DNA of 64,000 nucleotides from an uncultured delta proteobacterium (GTDB lineage: Bacteria > Desulfobacterota > Desulfuromonadia > Desulfuromonadales > BM103). The notes under the pieces were generated by a model. That model saw only the letters and a program-made list of their open reading frames with translations, had not been told where the DNA came from and did no database searches. Numbering within the stretch: position 1 is the first letter of the stretch; each line of letters begins with the position of its first letter. The position numbers were made by a program, and so were the translations under genes. The stretch spans positions 1-64,000 of the forward strand of contig CAVQRZ010000030.1 in assembly GCA_963715335.1 (NCBI GenBank), given 5' to 3'. Positions 8,965 to 17,401 of the stretch are shown here, in pieces.

Positions 8965-10209
8965 ATGCGGGCTGTCGGGCTGGTTACCGAATACAATCCA
9001 TTTCACAATGGGCACCTGCATCACCTTCGGGAAAGCCTGCAGATCACGGCTGCCGAGGTATCGGTTGCCGTCATGAGCGGCCACTTTCTGCAGCGCGGTG
9101 AACCGGCCCTGGTTGACAAATGGGTGCGCACCGAGATGGCCCTGGCTGCCGGTGTCGACCTGGTGCTCGAACTGCCACTCGCATTTGCCTGCAACAGTGC
9201 GCCGCACTTTGCCACGGGGGCAGTTCAGTCCCTGGCTGCCCTCGGTGTTGTTGACACCCTCTGCTTTGGCAGCGAAGCCGGGGATGTGTGCAGCCTGGAC
9301 AAGGTCGCATCGGTGCTGGTCGAGAGGCAGGAAGAGATCGAATGCCTGACGGCCGCCCGGTTGCGTGACGGCGTCAATTACCCGACTGCCCGATCGGAAG
9401 TTATTGCCGGGCTCCTGCCAGAAGTCCCCGCAGAGATCCTGAGTTCGCCCAACAACATCCTTGGCATCGAGTACCTGAAGGCGTTGCGTAGCACCGGGAG
9501 CCGGATAGAACCGTTCACCATCAAGCGCCTTGGAGCTGGTTATCATGACACCGATGTGACGGCTCGGGTGGCCAGCGCAACCGGGATTCGCAAATTGATT
9601 GCAGAGGGGGGGAATGTCGGGCCCCTGCTGCCCCAGCCTTGCTGGAAGATCCTGGCTGAGGCGCTGCAGGCCGGCCGAAACCTTGATCAAGAGCGGCTGT
9701 CCACCGCCTTGCTGGCCCATCTGCTGCAGGAGCCTGACACCTTCAGGGGGATTTACCTGGTTGACGATGGCGTTGAGCGGCGATTGAACCTTGCCGCATT
9801 GCAGGCGAACTGTTTTGACGAGATCGTGTCAGTGATCAAATCCAGACAGTGGACCATGACCCGCGTCCAGAGGATTCTGATGTACGTTTTGTTGCAGGTC
9901 AAGGCCAGCCAAATGAAGGAATTTTTGCGGGCCGGTCCACTTTATCTCCGCCTGCTGGGTCACTCAGAAAGAGGGCAAAAGCTTCTGGCCCGGGCACGCG
10001 GGCGCAAAACCCTGCCGATTATCGCTGATCCGGCCAGGGCGACCAGTAGACTCAGCAAGTTCTACCGGCACAGGCCGGTGTTGCAGCGGCTTGCCGAAGA
10101 GATGCTGCATCTGGATTTACGTGCAACCCGAATTTACGGGCTTCTGCAGGGGGAACCCGGCGGAGGGGCTCTCAACCGGGACTATTATCAACCGGTCCTG
10201 CAGGTGTGA
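8965..10209 (+). CDS. tmcAL: HIGH-motif nucleotidyltransferase, TmcAL/YlbM family (tRNA(Met) cytidine acetate ligase)
   Basis: GLVTEYNPFHNGHLHH, MSGHFLQRGEPA, CFGSEAG, SPNNILGIEYLKAL, ASATGIR. Confidence 0.85.
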   Translation: MRAVGLVTEYNPFHNGHLHHLRESLQITAAEVSVAVMSGHFLQRGEPALVDKWVRTEMALAAGVDLVLELPLAFACNSAPHFATGAVQSLAALGVVDTLCFGSEAGDVCSLDKVASVLVERQEEIECLTAARLRDGVNYPTARSEVIAGLLPEVPAEILSSPNNILGIEYLKALRSTGSRIEPFTIKRLGAGYHDTDVTARVASATGIRKLIAEGGNVGPLLPQPCWKILAEALQAGRNLDQERLSTALLAHLLQEPDTFRGIYLVDDGVERRLNLAALQANCFDEIVSVIKSRQWTMTRVQRILMYVLLQVKASQMKEFLRAGPLYLRLLGHSERGQKLLARARGRKTLPIIADPARATSRLSKFYRHRPVLQRLAEEMLHLDLRATRIYGLLQGEPGGGALNRDYYQPVLQV

Positions 10210-10228
10210 CGTTACCGTCGACCGGTTT

Positions 10229-11629
10229 TCAATCCTTCTGATCTGACTCGTCATGTCCAACCAGCGGTGTGTCCAGGTCGGAGTCCTGGAGGATGGCGGC
10301 AGGCAGCTGCTTGCGGCTTTTCACGCCGAGTTCGATCAGGGACTGTGCACGCCCGACGAGATTGCCCCGACCGCTGACCAGCTTGTTGTGGGCAGCGTCG
10401 TATGCATTGCGGGTGCTCTCGATCTGGTCGCCGACCCGTTCCAGATCGTTGACGAAACCGACAAACTTGTCATACAGGGCTCCGGCCCTGTCCGCTATCT
10501 CCAGCGCATTCTTGTTCTGATGTTCGTAGCGCCAGATATTCTGGATCGTTCGCAGGGTCACCAGCAGGGTCGACGGACTGACGATCATGATGCTCTTGTC
10601 AAACGCCTTGCGGAAGATTTCATTGTCTTTTTCGATTGCCAGCATGAACGCGCTCTCGACTGGAATGAACATCAGGACGAAGTCGAGGCTCTTCACCCCG
10701 GGCAATTCGTCATATTTTTTCGACTCAAGGCCCTTGAGGTGGGCATTGATCGAAACCAGGTGATCTCTGACCGCCTTGTCGCGCTCCCCGTCGTTTTCGG
10801 CCCGGATATATTTTTCATAAGCGACCAGTGACACCTTGGAGTCGATGACTATGTCCTTCTTTTCCGGCAGATGGACGATCACGTCCGGCTTCAGGAGTTT
10901 GCCCTCAGCGTCCCTGAAGCCTCCCTGGGAATCGTATTCGACCCCCTTGCGGAGGCCCGACTCCTCGAGGATTCTTTCCAGGATGATTTCTCCCCAGGTC
11001 CCCTGGGTCTTGGTGTCGCCTTTCAAGGCTTTGGTCAGATTTTCGGCATCTTCACCGAGCTTTTGGTTCAACTCCTGGAGACGCTGGACTTCCTTGATCA
11101 GCGAGTGGCGTTCCTTACCCTCGCTGGCATAGGCTTCGTTGACCTGTTTTTCAAATGCGGTGATTTTCTCTTTGAAAGGGGTCAGGATCGTATCGAGATT
11201 GGCCCGGCTCTGCTCGACGAAAGACTTGGTCTTGGCTTCGAAGATCTGGTTGGCCAGGTTTTCGAACTGGGTCTGCAGCTCTTTTTTGGCATCGTTGAGC
11301 ACCTGAAGTTTTTCGTCGGCGCTTTTCGCCTGCTCCTGAAGTTCAGCGGCCAGGCGTGATTTGTCACGCTCGAGCTCGGTGCGCAGCTGGATGAGCTCAT
11401 CAAGCTTCACTTCCTTCCCCTCGAGCTCTGCCTCGAACTGCTGCAGGCGCGCATCCCTGCTGGCAAGGCGCTCTTCAAGGATTGCCAGGTCTGTCGCGAG
11501 GTCCTGGCGACCTGCCTGCCATGCTGCTGCCGTGCGGCTTTTGACCAGCAAAATGGTCGGGATCAACCCCAGGATAAAACCAATGATCAGTGCGATGGCG
11601 AGCCAGATCAATTCAGGTGAGGCGGTCAT
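10229..11629 (-). CDS. rmuC: DNA recombination protein RmuC
   Basis: N-terminal TM + coiled coil, QGTWGEIILERILEESGL, PDVIVHLP, IDSKVSL, VSPSTLL. Confidence 0.95.
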   Translation of the reverse strand: MTASPELIWLAIALIIGFILGLIPTILLVKSRTAAAWQAGRQDLATDLAILEERLASRDARLQQFEAELEGKEVKLDELIQLRTELERDKSRLAAELQEQAKSADEKLQVLNDAKKELQTQFENLANQIFEAKTKSFVEQSRANLDTILTPFKEKITAFEKQVNEAYASEGKERHSLIKEVQRLQELNQKLGEDAENLTKALKGDTKTQGTWGEIILERILEESGLRKGVEYDSQGGFRDAEGKLLKPDVIVHLPEKKDIVIDSKVSLVAYEKYIRAENDGERDKAVRDHLVSINAHLKGLESKKYDELPGVKSLDFVLMFIPVESAFMLAIEKDNEIFRKAFDKSIMIVSPSTLLVTLRTIQNIWRYEHQNKNALEIADRAGALYDKFVGFVNDLERVGDQIESTRNAYDAAHNKLVSGRGNLVGRAQSLIELGVKSRKQLPAAILQDSDLDTPLVGHDESDQKD

Positions 11630-11775
11630 GGCAGACTCCGTTGGTAATAGATGCGTGACAGGCAAAGATAACAGTCCCGCAAGGAGCCTGCAAGAGGTGT
11701 GTGTCAGGATAATTCACAGCATCGCAGGATGCAGTGAATTATCGGGGGACGTCGAGTCGGGGTGCAGCGAAGAGG

Positions 11776-11952
11776 TCAGGCCTGGCAGTACTGTCGCAGG
11801 TCCCGGGTAAAGATCTCAAGGCCAGTCTTGGTGATGCGTCCCGGTGTCTGGCAGGTCGTGCAGATCTGGCGCTTGCCAGGGGCAAAATCCTGAAAGTTGA
11901 GGGGCAGGGTCTGATGGCATTCCGGGCATTCATAGCGAATTTGCAGATTCAT
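11776..11952 (-). CDS. Small zinc-ribbon-like protein, 58 aa (not in ORF track)
   Basis: AGGAG RBS; MNLQIRYECPECHQTLPLNFQDFAPGKRQICTTCQTPGRITKTGLEIFTRDLRQYCQA with two CxxC pairs. Confidence 0.75.
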   Translation of the reverse strand: MNLQIRYECPECHQTLPLNFQDFAPGKRQICTTCQTPGRITKTGLEIFTRDLRQYCQA

Positions 11953-12074
11953 GATCAGCTCCTATTTAAGCTTTAATCTTAGAAGGTGCTAATCATGCCA
12001 GAGGTTAAATCTGGAATGCAAGCAAAATCCACATCAATCCTGGCGATGGCTAAAGCAGGCGCATTCAGGGGGAC

Positions 12075-12716
12075 TCAAGCAGGCTGCAGGGCACGGGCGA
12101 AGGTTTCGTTGACCAGCTCGCCTGTAGCCTGTGCCGAAGGGCCGTAGGCGAGGATGCCGTCCTGGTGCCCTGTCATGACCAGCAACCCTGGTTTTCCTCT
12201 GTCGCGGCTTTGAGCCAAGTGCAGAATCTCTGTCGCCATTTCCGGGGTGCCATAATCAGCTGCAGGATGAGTGCAGGGCAGGTTGAGCCGGCGACGTTGT
12301 CTGAATATGTCCGGACTGTGCAGGTGCATGACCCAGAGGATTTCCGGGACACATCGGTACAGGACCCCGTGGGAAAGTGCTTCGGAGGATGGTCTGATCT
12401 GCCCGAAAGCCTTAAGATGGTTGGTCTCGGGATTGCATGCGAGGACGGTGGCATAATCTTCCGGCCGCAAGGCATGCAGGTGGCCGGTTTGGGTGCCGCT
12501 AATTACGAATGCGCCACCGTTTGGATCAGGCAGGCGTCTGCTTAGGTTGCCGAAGCCGTAACCCTCGTAGCGCTGCGGGTCCTGTCCGAGCAGACCGCGT
12601 TCCCGGAAAACCGCCCGCCATTCGTTCAACTCGGCCAGGAATACTCCGTCCGGTGCCGGACCTTCTGCAAAGTCGAGCTGGAACTTGATGACGCCTTCAC
12701 GGGTGGCTGCCGTCAT
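12075..12716 (-). CDS. Class II aldolase/adducin family protein
   Basis: GFGNLSRR, PSSEALSH, HLHS and GH metal-binding motifs. Confidence 0.85.
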   Translation of the reverse strand: MTAATREGVIKFQLDFAEGPAPDGVFLAELNEWRAVFRERGLLGQDPQRYEGYGFGNLSRRLPDPNGGAFVISGTQTGHLHALRPEDYATVLACNPETNHLKAFGQIRPSSEALSHGVLYRCVPEILWVMHLHSPDIFRQRRRLNLPCTHPAADYGTPEMATEILHLAQSRDRGKPGLLVMTGHQDGILAYGPSAQATGELVNETFARALQPA

Positions 12717-12725
12717 GCGATCTGG

Positions 12726-13016
12726 TCAGCCTGCGAAATCAACGGCAATGACGCTCGAGGAAATCGTCTTGACGTGAGCCACAACCTTCTGGTGCTCAGG
12801 ATGAACCTGGTAGCGTTGCAAAGCGGCAAGGTCGTCGAAGCTGGAGACCAGGCCGAAGTCGTAAGACCGTTCGGAGCGCAGAACATCGGGACCGAAACGG
12901 AATTCGCGAATTTCATCGATCTGTTGCGGCAACCCGCCAAGCCCATTGGCGAGCTGCTCGATTTCGGCCGGAGTCGTCCCCGGCTTGAATTTGAAAAAAA
13001 CCACATGCGTAATCAT
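12726..13016 (-). CDS. Dabb family (stress-responsive A/B barrel) protein
   Basis: MITHVVFFKFK...YQVHPEH...IAVDF. Confidence 0.9.
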   Translation of the reverse strand: MITHVVFFKFKPGTTPAEIEQLANGLGGLPQQIDEIREFRFGPDVLRSERSYDFGLVSSFDDLAALQRYQVHPEHQKVVAHVKTISSSVIAVDFAG

Positions 13017-13035
13017 TGTCTGCTCCGTAAATTTC

Positions 13036-13422
13036 TCAGTGATTGAGTTCGGACAACTGGTCATTGAGCGTCCAGTAGTCATAAATGTAGCCGACGCCTA
13101 ACAGGCCGCCGGTCAGGAGGTAAATGATGCCGGTTGGCCATTTGCCCATGTACATACGGTGTACGCCGAACAGGCCGAGGAAGGTCAGCAATATCCATGC
13201 GGTATTGTAGTCGAGCGGTCCTGCGGTAAAGCGCAGGTCGGCGTTACGATCCATGCCGGGAATCAGGAACAGATCGATCAGCCAACCGATCAAAAAAAGT
13301 CCCAGAGTAAAGAAGTAGATTGTTCCGGATATTGGTCGGCCATAGTAGAAGCGGTGCGAGCCGGTAAAGCCGAACAGCCAGAGGAGGTAGCCGATCAAGG
13401 GCGTGTGGGTGTCTTGCTGCAT
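13036..13422 (-). CDS. TM2-domain (NINE) membrane protein
   Basis: GYLLWLFGFTGSHRFYYG and LGLFGVHRMYMGK, two TM2 repeats. Confidence 0.9.
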   Translation of the reverse strand: MQQDTHTPLIGYLLWLFGFTGSHRFYYGRPISGTIYFFTLGLFLIGWLIDLFLIPGMDRNADLRFTAGPLDYNTAWILLTFLGLFGVHRMYMGKWPTGIIYLLTGGLLGVGYIYDYWTLNDQLSELNH

Positions 13423-13438
13423 TTTCGGTGCTCCCATG

Positions 13439-13912
13439 TTAGCGCTCAGGCACGAGGTCAAAAGCATCAAGGATCGTGCGGGTTGCTGAATTCAGGAAAA
13501 TAATTTTTTCGCCAACCCGGACAATCTCCGCCCCGACCGGAGGCGGTGGCAGACGTTTTAGAAGGATGTCCGGCAGGCTCTCGCTCTGACGGTAGACCTG
13601 GAAGTCAAGGCTTTGGCCCGGTTCGACTTTTTTTTGCCATCCTGGTGGCAACGGCTTGCCGCGGGCGAGGTTTTTCTGCAACCCGGGCGGGAGGTCCCTG
13701 TTTTGCTGCTCTGCAGTCGCATGTTGCTCGCCGAGCAGGTAAGCGCGAATCAGGTTGCGTTCTGCCGGACTGAACGTCTCTCCTCTGTCCAGGACGCCCT
13801 GCTCAAGGGTTGATTCATTGGTTGCTCTGTGCTGCTTGTCTTTTGCCGGTTTTGCCTGAACCGGCAAGGACAGGCCCAGCGCGACAATAACAAACACGGT
13901 AGTGCGCCACAT
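13439..13912 (-). CDS. Secreted conserved hypothetical protein (LPPGLQK repeat, RcnB-like)
   Basis: signal peptide; LPPGLQKNLARGKPLPPGWQKK motif. Confidence 0.7.
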   Translation of the reverse strand: MWRTTVFVIVALGLSLPVQAKPAKDKQHRATNESTLEQGVLDRGETFSPAERNLIRAYLLGEQHATAEQQNRDLPPGLQKNLARGKPLPPGWQKKVEPGQSLDFQVYRQSESLPDILLKRLPPPPVGAEIVRVGEKIIFLNSATRTILDAFDLVPER

Positions 13913-14086
13913 GCTTCTCTCCTTATAGAGGGGCTCTGATCAAGCGCAATTTGCACGGCAAGCTGCATTCGTAATTGTTCCACTCTAATACATTTTGCCG
14001 CACCTGTCATCAACTGCGCAGATGTGACAGCCTTGAAATTATAAGGTATATTTACAACTCGCCGGTTCTGGAGCGCCCTCTCTGCC

Positions 14087-14785
14087 ATGGAGACGATCAT
14101 GCTGGAACTGTTTGACTTTACCGCATATGCAAGCCAGGTTCGCACAGTCTCCAGGGCACTGTTCTGCTCCGGACGCAGGGTAGCGGAAATATCAGGTCGC
14201 ATGCACCTGCTCACCATTGCGACGGAAAGAGACCTGCTGCGGTTCGGCAAGCCATCGGAGATGGCCAGGGTTGCCTGCGCTCCGGGCTGCAGTGCCTGCT
14301 GTGTCGTCAATGTTTCGGTGCTCTTTCCGGAAGCGGTAGCGATTTCCTGGTATCTGCAAAGATCTCTCGGGGATGCAGAGCTGGAGAAAGTCCGGACCAG
14401 GCTGCATGAATTACTGATTGCAACCCGCTGGCTAGATGACGAAGAGCGTCTGTTCTTACATGAACCGTGCGCATTTCTCGATCAGGGGGGGCTGTGCATG
14501 ATTCACAAAGTCCGGCCGCTGCTCTGCCGTGCCATCAGCTCCACAGATCCTGCCAGCTGTCGCGAGGCTATTGCGATGGTGCCGCTGAATGGCCAGCCGA
14601 GCATCGAGATGAACCTGTTTCAGAAAAATCTCTTCGATACGGTCTATCAGGAACTGTGCACGGCTCTGCAGGAGTCTGGGCTTGACCATCGTCCCAGAAG
14701 GCTGACTTCAGCCGTCCTGGCTCTGCTTGCGGAGCCAGATATGGTGGGAGCTTTTGCCGCCGGAGAAAAGATCCCGGTGCATTAG
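14087..14785 (+). CDS. YkgJ-family cysteine-cluster (CxxCxxCC-type) protein
   Basis: CAPGCSACC, PCAFL, CMIHKVRPLLCR. Confidence 0.85.
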   Translation: METIMLELFDFTAYASQVRTVSRALFCSGRRVAEISGRMHLLTIATERDLLRFGKPSEMARVACAPGCSACCVVNVSVLFPEAVAISWYLQRSLGDAELEKVRTRLHELLIATRWLDDEERLFLHEPCAFLDQGGLCMIHKVRPLLCRAISSTDPASCREAIAMVPLNGQPSIEMNLFQKNLFDTVYQELCTALQESGLDHRPRRLTSAVLALLAEPDMVGAFAAGEKIPVH

Positions 14786-14814
14786 GGATTTAATCCAACG
14801 GGGTGGTCTCCGGC

Positions 14815-16782
14815 TTAATGGAGATTTGTTGAAGGCCCCTCGAAATTCAGTTCCTTCTGATCGCCGGGAGAGGTGAATTTTTTCAGCAGACCGTTGGAAT
14901 CTTTCAGGAATTCCGTCATCTGTTCGGGGTTCATCGCTGCGCCGAAGAGCTGCCCCTGAACCTCGACACAACCTCTTTTACGTAAAAAATCGAGCTGCAT
15001 GGAGTCTTCTACACCGACTGCTGTCACCGACAGGTGCAGGCTCTTGGCCATGCTCAGAATGGCTTCGGTGATTGCAGCGTAATCGGAGTTGTGAATAATA
15101 TCTCGGATTAACTCCTGGGCGATTTTGATGCGGTGTATCGGGAAATGCTTCAAATAGAGCAGCGAAGAATGGCCGGTGCCGAAATCATCAATGGATAGAT
15201 TGATGCCACGAATCTTCAGGTCGGTCAATGCCATGATACTGTCATTGACGTGGCCCATGACCGAGTTCTCGGCAAGTTCTATCTCCAGGGTGTTGGGCTT
15301 GATACCGGTCTCTTTCAAAGTAGACTCGAGATAGTCAATAAAAGTAGGCTGGCGAATATGGTGTCCGGACAGGTTGACGGAGATGCGCATCGATGGCAGC
15401 CCCTGGTCCTGCCAGGCCCTTGCCTGGGTGCAGGCGGTTTTCAGAACCCACTCTCCCAGGGGGAAGGCCAGGCCGCTCTCCTCTGCGATGTTGATAATCT
15501 GTCCGGAAGGGATCAGGGTCCCGTCGCTGTCATACCATCGAATCAGTGCTTCGACTCCGGTGATGCGACCGGTTACAAGATTGACCTGGGGTTGGTAGTG
15601 CTGCTGAAGTTCTCCGCGACTCAGTGCCTTGCGCAGTCGGCTTTCCAGATCGGACTTGGCCATCGCTGCAGCGTTCATCTCCTCCGAAAAAAACTGCATA
15701 TTGTTGCGGCCGCGGCTCTTGGCGACATACATGGCCGTGTCGGCGCTTTTCAAAAGTGACTGTGGGTCGTCGCCATCGACTGGGTAGATCGCGACGCCAA
15801 CGCTGGCCGTTGTGAAAAACTCCCGGCGGCCGATCTGAAAAGGCTGTCCGAGGGTTTCGAGAATGCGACGCCCCATGAGCGTGAAGTTCGGATCGTGGTT
15901 CGGGTCGGCTTGGATGATGACGAATTCATCGCCACCCAGGCGAGCAAAGGTGTCGCCACTGCGGATGTATTTCTTCAGGCGTTGGGCTACGGAGCGCAGG
16001 ACCAGGTCGCCGACCGCGTGCCCCTGTGTATCGTTGATCAGTTTGAAGCGGTCCAGGTCGAAAAAGAAGACCCCTACCTGGCGTTTTTCCCGCTGAGCCT
16101 GGGTTATCGCCTGGACAATGCGGTCATTCATCAGGGCCCGGTTCGGCAGCCCGGTAAGGGTGTCAAAATAGGCCAGGCGTTCGATACGTTCTTCGGCGGC
16201 GCGATGGGTGGTGAGGTCATTGAGGACGGCGAGGCTTTCGGTCCGGCGGCCTTCAGAATCGCGCAGGGCGACTTCCGTAATAGAAACTTCAATAATCGAC
16301 CCGTCTGCGCTGAGCAAGTGATAATTGATATCCTTGACCTGCCCGAGCTCTTCAAGTGCTTGAAAATGTTCGGCCCGCATCTGCGCTACATTGTCACCAA
16401 CAACGAATTCAAAAAAATCCTTGCCGATAACGTCCTCACGGTCGTAGCCAAGGACGTCAAGCCAGGCCTGGCTGACATGCAGGAAACGCCCTTGATTATC
16501 CATCGAATGCAGTAGGGCAGGAGTGCTCTGGTAAAATTCCCGCGAGCGCTTTTCGCTTTTTTCGAGGCGGTTGGTCACGTCGCGCAGGCACGATGCAGTA
16601 CGTCCGGCGAGCAGTCCGGCGAGTCCGCCGAACAGGACCGGCAGCCAGCTCTGCTGTACGGTCAGTGACAGACCGTAGAGGCCGTTAAGCAGAAAAATGA
16701 CCGCAGCCGCGGTCAGCGATCCGGCAAAGAACCCGCGACACAACAGCCGCAAGGACCGATTTTCTGGATCGGAAACGAACAT
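14815..16782 (-). CDS. Membrane PAS-GGDEF-EAL diguanylate cyclase/phosphodiesterase
   Basis: 2 TM, PAS, ARLGGDEF, VEALIRW, DDFGTGHSSL. Confidence 0.93.
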   Translation of the reverse strand: MFVSDPENRSLRLLCRGFFAGSLTAAAVIFLLNGLYGLSLTVQQSWLPVLFGGLAGLLAGRTASCLRDVTNRLEKSEKRSREFYQSTPALLHSMDNQGRFLHVSQAWLDVLGYDREDVIGKDFFEFVVGDNVAQMRAEHFQALEELGQVKDINYHLLSADGSIIEVSITEVALRDSEGRRTESLAVLNDLTTHRAAEERIERLAYFDTLTGLPNRALMNDRIVQAITQAQREKRQVGVFFFDLDRFKLINDTQGHAVGDLVLRSVAQRLKKYIRSGDTFARLGGDEFVIIQADPNHDPNFTLMGRRILETLGQPFQIGRREFFTTASVGVAIYPVDGDDPQSLLKSADTAMYVAKSRGRNNMQFFSEEMNAAAMAKSDLESRLRKALSRGELQQHYQPQVNLVTGRITGVEALIRWYDSDGTLIPSGQIINIAEESGLAFPLGEWVLKTACTQARAWQDQGLPSMRISVNLSGHHIRQPTFIDYLESTLKETGIKPNTLEIELAENSVMGHVNDSIMALTDLKIRGINLSIDDFGTGHSSLLYLKHFPIHRIKIAQELIRDIIHNSDYAAITEAILSMAKSLHLSVTAVGVEDSMQLDFLRKRGCVEVQGQLFGAAMNPEQMTEFLKDSNGLLKKFTSPGDQKELNFEGPSTNLH

Positions 16783-16998
16783 AAAACCCCCGTATATATA
16801 ACATGCCTGCAAGCAAAAACCCGGGCCGGAAAGGGAGGAAAGCCCGGAACAATAAACTGGGCAATGCCCTATGTACATTCTATTGATTTTTTATGGCCTG
16901 TCAAACCAGACATGAGCCCCGGTGACAGTTCGTAATATTATGTGCTAGTATGTCGTTTGTATCTGGCATCAATTAAGACTTTTGTTACAGGCAGGGGT

Positions 16999-17313
16999 AT
17001 GGCAAAACCGACAACCGACAATCAGATTCGTGCCGACGTGAAGCGCTGCCCGAGGCTCAGGCAGCCACCGATGTACACGGTTCTGATGCATAATGACGAC
17101 TATACGACAATGGAGTTTGTCGTCGAAGCCCTGGTCGCGGTTTTTCATAAATCACCGACCGAAGCGAACCGGATTATGCTCCACATCCATTTCAAGGGCG
17201 CCGGGGTCTGTGGGGCCTTCCCGTACGAAATTGCCGAAACCAAGGTCAGCAAGGTTCACGATATGGCGCGTAGGGCAGGTTTTCCGCTCCGCTGTTCTCT
17301 GGAAAAGGTCTGA
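16999..17313 (+). CDS. clpS: ATP-dependent Clp protease adaptor ClpS
   Basis: PPMYTVLMHNDDYTTMEFVV...IAETKV...FPLRC. Confidence 0.96.
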   Translation: MAKPTTDNQIRADVKRCPRLRQPPMYTVLMHNDDYTTMEFVVEALVAVFHKSPTEANRIMLHIHFKGAGVCGAFPYEIAETKVSKVHDMARRAGFPLRCSLEKV

Positions 17314-17401
17314 TATCTGTTACAATTACAGGACGTAAAGATTAAGTCTGGATAGCTGTTCGCGGCCGAGCCCCGCAACATGGATGGAGTGATAGAAACG
17401 C

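Noticed and set aside
11985..12002. Sigma-54 promoter upstream of the 58-aa ORF (TGGCATGATTAGCA on the minus strand)
   Set aside because: GG-to-GC spacing is 8 nt, not the required 10
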